Source: Candidatus Scatosoma sp. | GTDB lineage: Bacteria > Bacillota > Clostridia > Christensenellales > Borkfalkiaceae | Length of the DNA: 64,000 nucleotides | Reading direction: 5' to 3' | Assembly: GCA_045594025.1 (NCBI GenBank) | Contig: JAZNXS010000030.1 | Coordinates: forward strand, 3,230 to 67,229 | Part shown: piece after piece, positions 62,085 through 64,000 of the stretch | Numbering within the stretch: position 1 is the stretch's first letter | Layout: each line of letters opens with the position of its first letter | The notes under the pieces: generated by a model | The model's input: the letters and a program-made list of their open reading frames with translations, nothing else | What the model was told of the DNA's origin: nothing | Databases searched by the model: none | Program-made: the position numbers and the translations under genes

Positions 62085-64000
62085 TTATTCTTCGGAAGAC
62101 TCCTCTGTTTGAGGCGCTTCTGCTTCCTCATCAGCATATACGTCGATAGACTTATCATCCGTCGTGTCAAGCTTCACACGCTTGTGTGCATTGACGATAG
62201 CGTCTGCTCTTGCACGTTCTGCTTTCTTCTTGTTTACAATGACAACGGGGATTACGATTGCCGCCGCAACCACAATCACGCCTGCTGCCACGATCAAGCA
62301 AATCTGCCAAACTTCCAAGCCGGTAGCCGCGACTTCGGTTTCTTCTGCGAAGGGAAGGGAATCCACCCATTCCTGTCTAATCGCTTCCTTGTCTGCAGCC
62401 GTCTGTGCGCCGATAAGCGTGATCAAATCCTTTTCATATACGTGCGCGTAGCTGTCTGCCGCTGCTACGAATTTATTGAATTCTTCATACCATGCAAGGT
62501 CTTTATCGTTGTTCTTCGCTTTATATTCTTCGTTTAACGCCTTCACATCTTCCAACGCATAGTCAGCCGCATTGCCCGTACCTGTACGGAAATAGTATTT
62601 CGCCGCTTTCTTCAAATCTGCGTTTTCATCCGCCAAGTTGTTTTCAATCAACTCGTAAGCCGCTTCGTAAGCTTCATTATTCGCTTCGATCGTATCCGTC
62701 GCCAAAGACGTTGCATAAATATAATTATAGGAGTTGGTTACCGCAGCCTGCGCATTTGCATAGAGCAATACTTGATTGCCTGCTTCTACGGTAATGATTT
62801 CGGGAAGATACCAGCTGCTGGGATCTACGATATCCACGTATGCAAGAACGCGAGGTCTGTATTCTTCATTCGCCTCATCAAGGTTCAGCAAAGGCTCGTA
62901 CTTGTCTTTCGCGCCATTCCACTGAATGCGAATTACGTTGAAGCCCGTCGTTGGCGCAGCATTTACAGGATTCGTACCTGCCGCATAGTAGTAAAGGTAA
63001 TCGCCGTCAACTTTCCAAAGCTTCGCACCGGAGGGAGCTTGGCAAAGTTCGATTTCTTCGCCCTTACCCGTCGTTTCATCCACGTCCACTCTTACAATCT
63101 TAGAAGAGCTGTTTACGTAAATATATTGATGCTGACCGCCGTTTTCAAGGAATAATGCCGTGCTGGACGCGTTCGTCGTACTCCAAGCCACTGCAACGGC
63201 CTTTTCATTTGCCGCAACCGTGTTATTCGTCTCAAATACGCTTTCTGCTACGTAGTACAATCTAGGATCCGTCGTGTCGCCCGTTCTCGTAAAGTAGATA
63301 CCATCGTTATCATGACGGGTAATCGTATACGTATAACCTTTCAAGGTATTAGCGGAAGTGCCTACTAAGGAACCGTCTTCCTTCAATTCGTTATAACGCT
63401 TATCTTTATCTTCTTTATTGCTGTCCACGCCGATACCGTCAACCACCAAAGTACCAAGGTTTACGTAAGGATACGTCGTGTAATCGTCGAACACGTACTT
63501 TGCTTCGTACTTCGTGCCGTTATTTTGCGCAGTCTTCTTCGCTTCTGCGTTCTTGTCTTCCATCCAATCCTTATCGAAATCGTAGGTCTTGTAGTCAACG
63601 TACTTTTCCTGCGCTTTGTCATAGGTTTTTACGGTATAGGAAGCCTCGCCTGCATTTACGCTTACCGTATTTGCCGCGTTTACACAGTAAATCTGGTTAT
63701 ACGACGCCGCAGACGAGAAATCAGTGTCCACTTTGTTGGTAAAGCTCATCGTATAATATACGTTTGCGTTGGTGGGATCTTCCTGGTCGAAGAAATACGA
63801 GCCCGCGCCCTCAACAAGTATCGTCGTTGTCTTATCTTTTGTATTGTAGGATTTCAACGTGCCGCTTTCTACGTAGAGACAGTATACCACACCGTTATCC
63901 GCTTGCACGAAACGATAGTTCGTAATCGAGCTGGAAAGCGCACGGAAATAGTACCCTTTCATAACCTCGGAACCGTCAAGCCTTGCACACTTGAAGTCGA
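62085..64000 (-). CDS. Large secreted/surface-type protein with a C-terminal TM anchor, 5'-truncated by the window edge
   Basis: The frame stays open from 63962 to the window end. The body is beta-rich and Y/N/T-rich. The C-terminal TM segment VWQICLIVAAGVIVVAAAIVIPVVIV is followed by a charged tail. Confidence 0.6.
   Translation of the reverse strand, partial: DFKCARLDGSEVMKGYYFRALSSSITNYRFVQADNGVVYCLYVESGTLKSYNTKDKTTTILVEGAGSYFFDQEDPTNANVYYTMSFTNKVDTDFSSAASYNQIYCVNAANTVSVNAGEASYTVKTYDKAQEKYVDYKTYDFDKDWMEDKNAEAKKTAQNNGTKYEAKYVFDDYTTYPYVNLGTLVVDGIGVDSNKEDKDKRYNELKEDGSLVGTSANTLKGYTYTITRHDNDGIYFTRTGDTTDPRLYYVAESVFETNNTVAANEKAVAVAWSTTNASSTALFLENGGQHQYIYVNSSSKIVRVDVDETTGKGEEIELCQAPSGAKLWKVDGDYLYYYAAGTNPVNAAPTTGFNVIRIQWNGAKDKYEPLLNLDEANEEYRPRVLAYVDIVDPSSWYLPEIITVEAGNQVLLYANAQAAVTNSYNYIYATSLATDTIEANNEAYEAAYELIENNLADENADLKKAAKYYFRTGTGNAADYALEDVKALNEEYKAKNNDKDLAWYEEFNKFVAAADSYAHVYEKDLITLIGAQTAADKEAIRQEWVDSLPFAEETEVAATGLEVWQICLIVAAGVIVVAAAIVIPVVIVNKKKAERARADAIVNAHKRVKLDTTDDKSIDVYADEEAEAPQTEESSEE

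Noticed and set aside
61396-62149. 163-aa R/H-rich and 235-aa F/L/V-rich plus-strand ORFs
   Set aside because: These are shadow frames of the poly-Asp/Glu gene (61454-61927) and of AT-rich intergenic DNA. Their compositions are implausible.

Overview
This 64-kb window reads like a chromosomal segment of an endospore-forming Firmicute. The Clostridia-type gene content includes spoIIR, sleB-ypeB, yqfC-yqfD, a LysM/DUF3794-type protein and veg. Most genes are on the minus strand. All domain and family calls were made by eye from the ORF translations and the raw DNA. No database search was run, so family names are hypotheses of varying strength.

Gene blocks, left to right:
1. A truncated XRE regulator, a class I/II aminotransferase, and an Mrr-like nuclease with a long K/E/P/A-rich linker.
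2. The conserved block yqfC-yqfD-phoH-pgpH-ybeY-era-yqzL-recO.
3. A ClC channel and two ABC exporter genes.
4. ispE, a LysM protein, veg and uvrB-uvrA.
5. A zinc-PLC-like protein and an MFS transporter.
6. A co-directional branched-chain amino-acid supercluster of about 15 kb: ilvE, small ORF, T-box, leuA-ilvB-ilvN-ilvC-ilvD, leuC-leuD-leuB, ilvA-ridA. It carries two guest genes.
7. galM, a DUF1538-like membrane protein with two PII-like genes, and an M20 amidohydrolase.
8. An AT-richer accessory block ending at tRNA-Gly(CCC).
9. A fur-family regulator, ypeB-sleB, spoIIR, trmL, rubrerythrin, two tiny coupled ORFs, an acidic zinc-ribbon protein and a truncated surface protein.

Most interesting observations:
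- A three-gene operon at 46950-53375 is a candidate new TIR-based defence or signalling system. It encodes a TIR + methyltransferase-like protein, a TIR + degenerate P-loop + HD-phosphohydrolase protein, and a polytopic membrane protein with Rossmann-like and RyR-like modules. It does not match any defence architecture I know.
- Three intergenic hairpin-ladder repeats have constant 8-11-nt units alternating with variable perfect mini-hairpins, followed by the inverted units. Two are homologous copies built on GTGAATTG. One is an analogous element built on GTATATCATCA next to the tRNA.
- Smaller items include an 11-nt copy of the tRNA-Gly 3' end 1.1 kb from the tRNA, an 18-nt perfect palindrome present twice in the ilv-leu region, and a probable leaderless promoter for an ABC exporter. 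There is also a 44-aa N/Q/Cys-repeat peptide coupled to a 51-aa ORF.

No rRNA gene, CRISPR array, transposase or integrase was seen.
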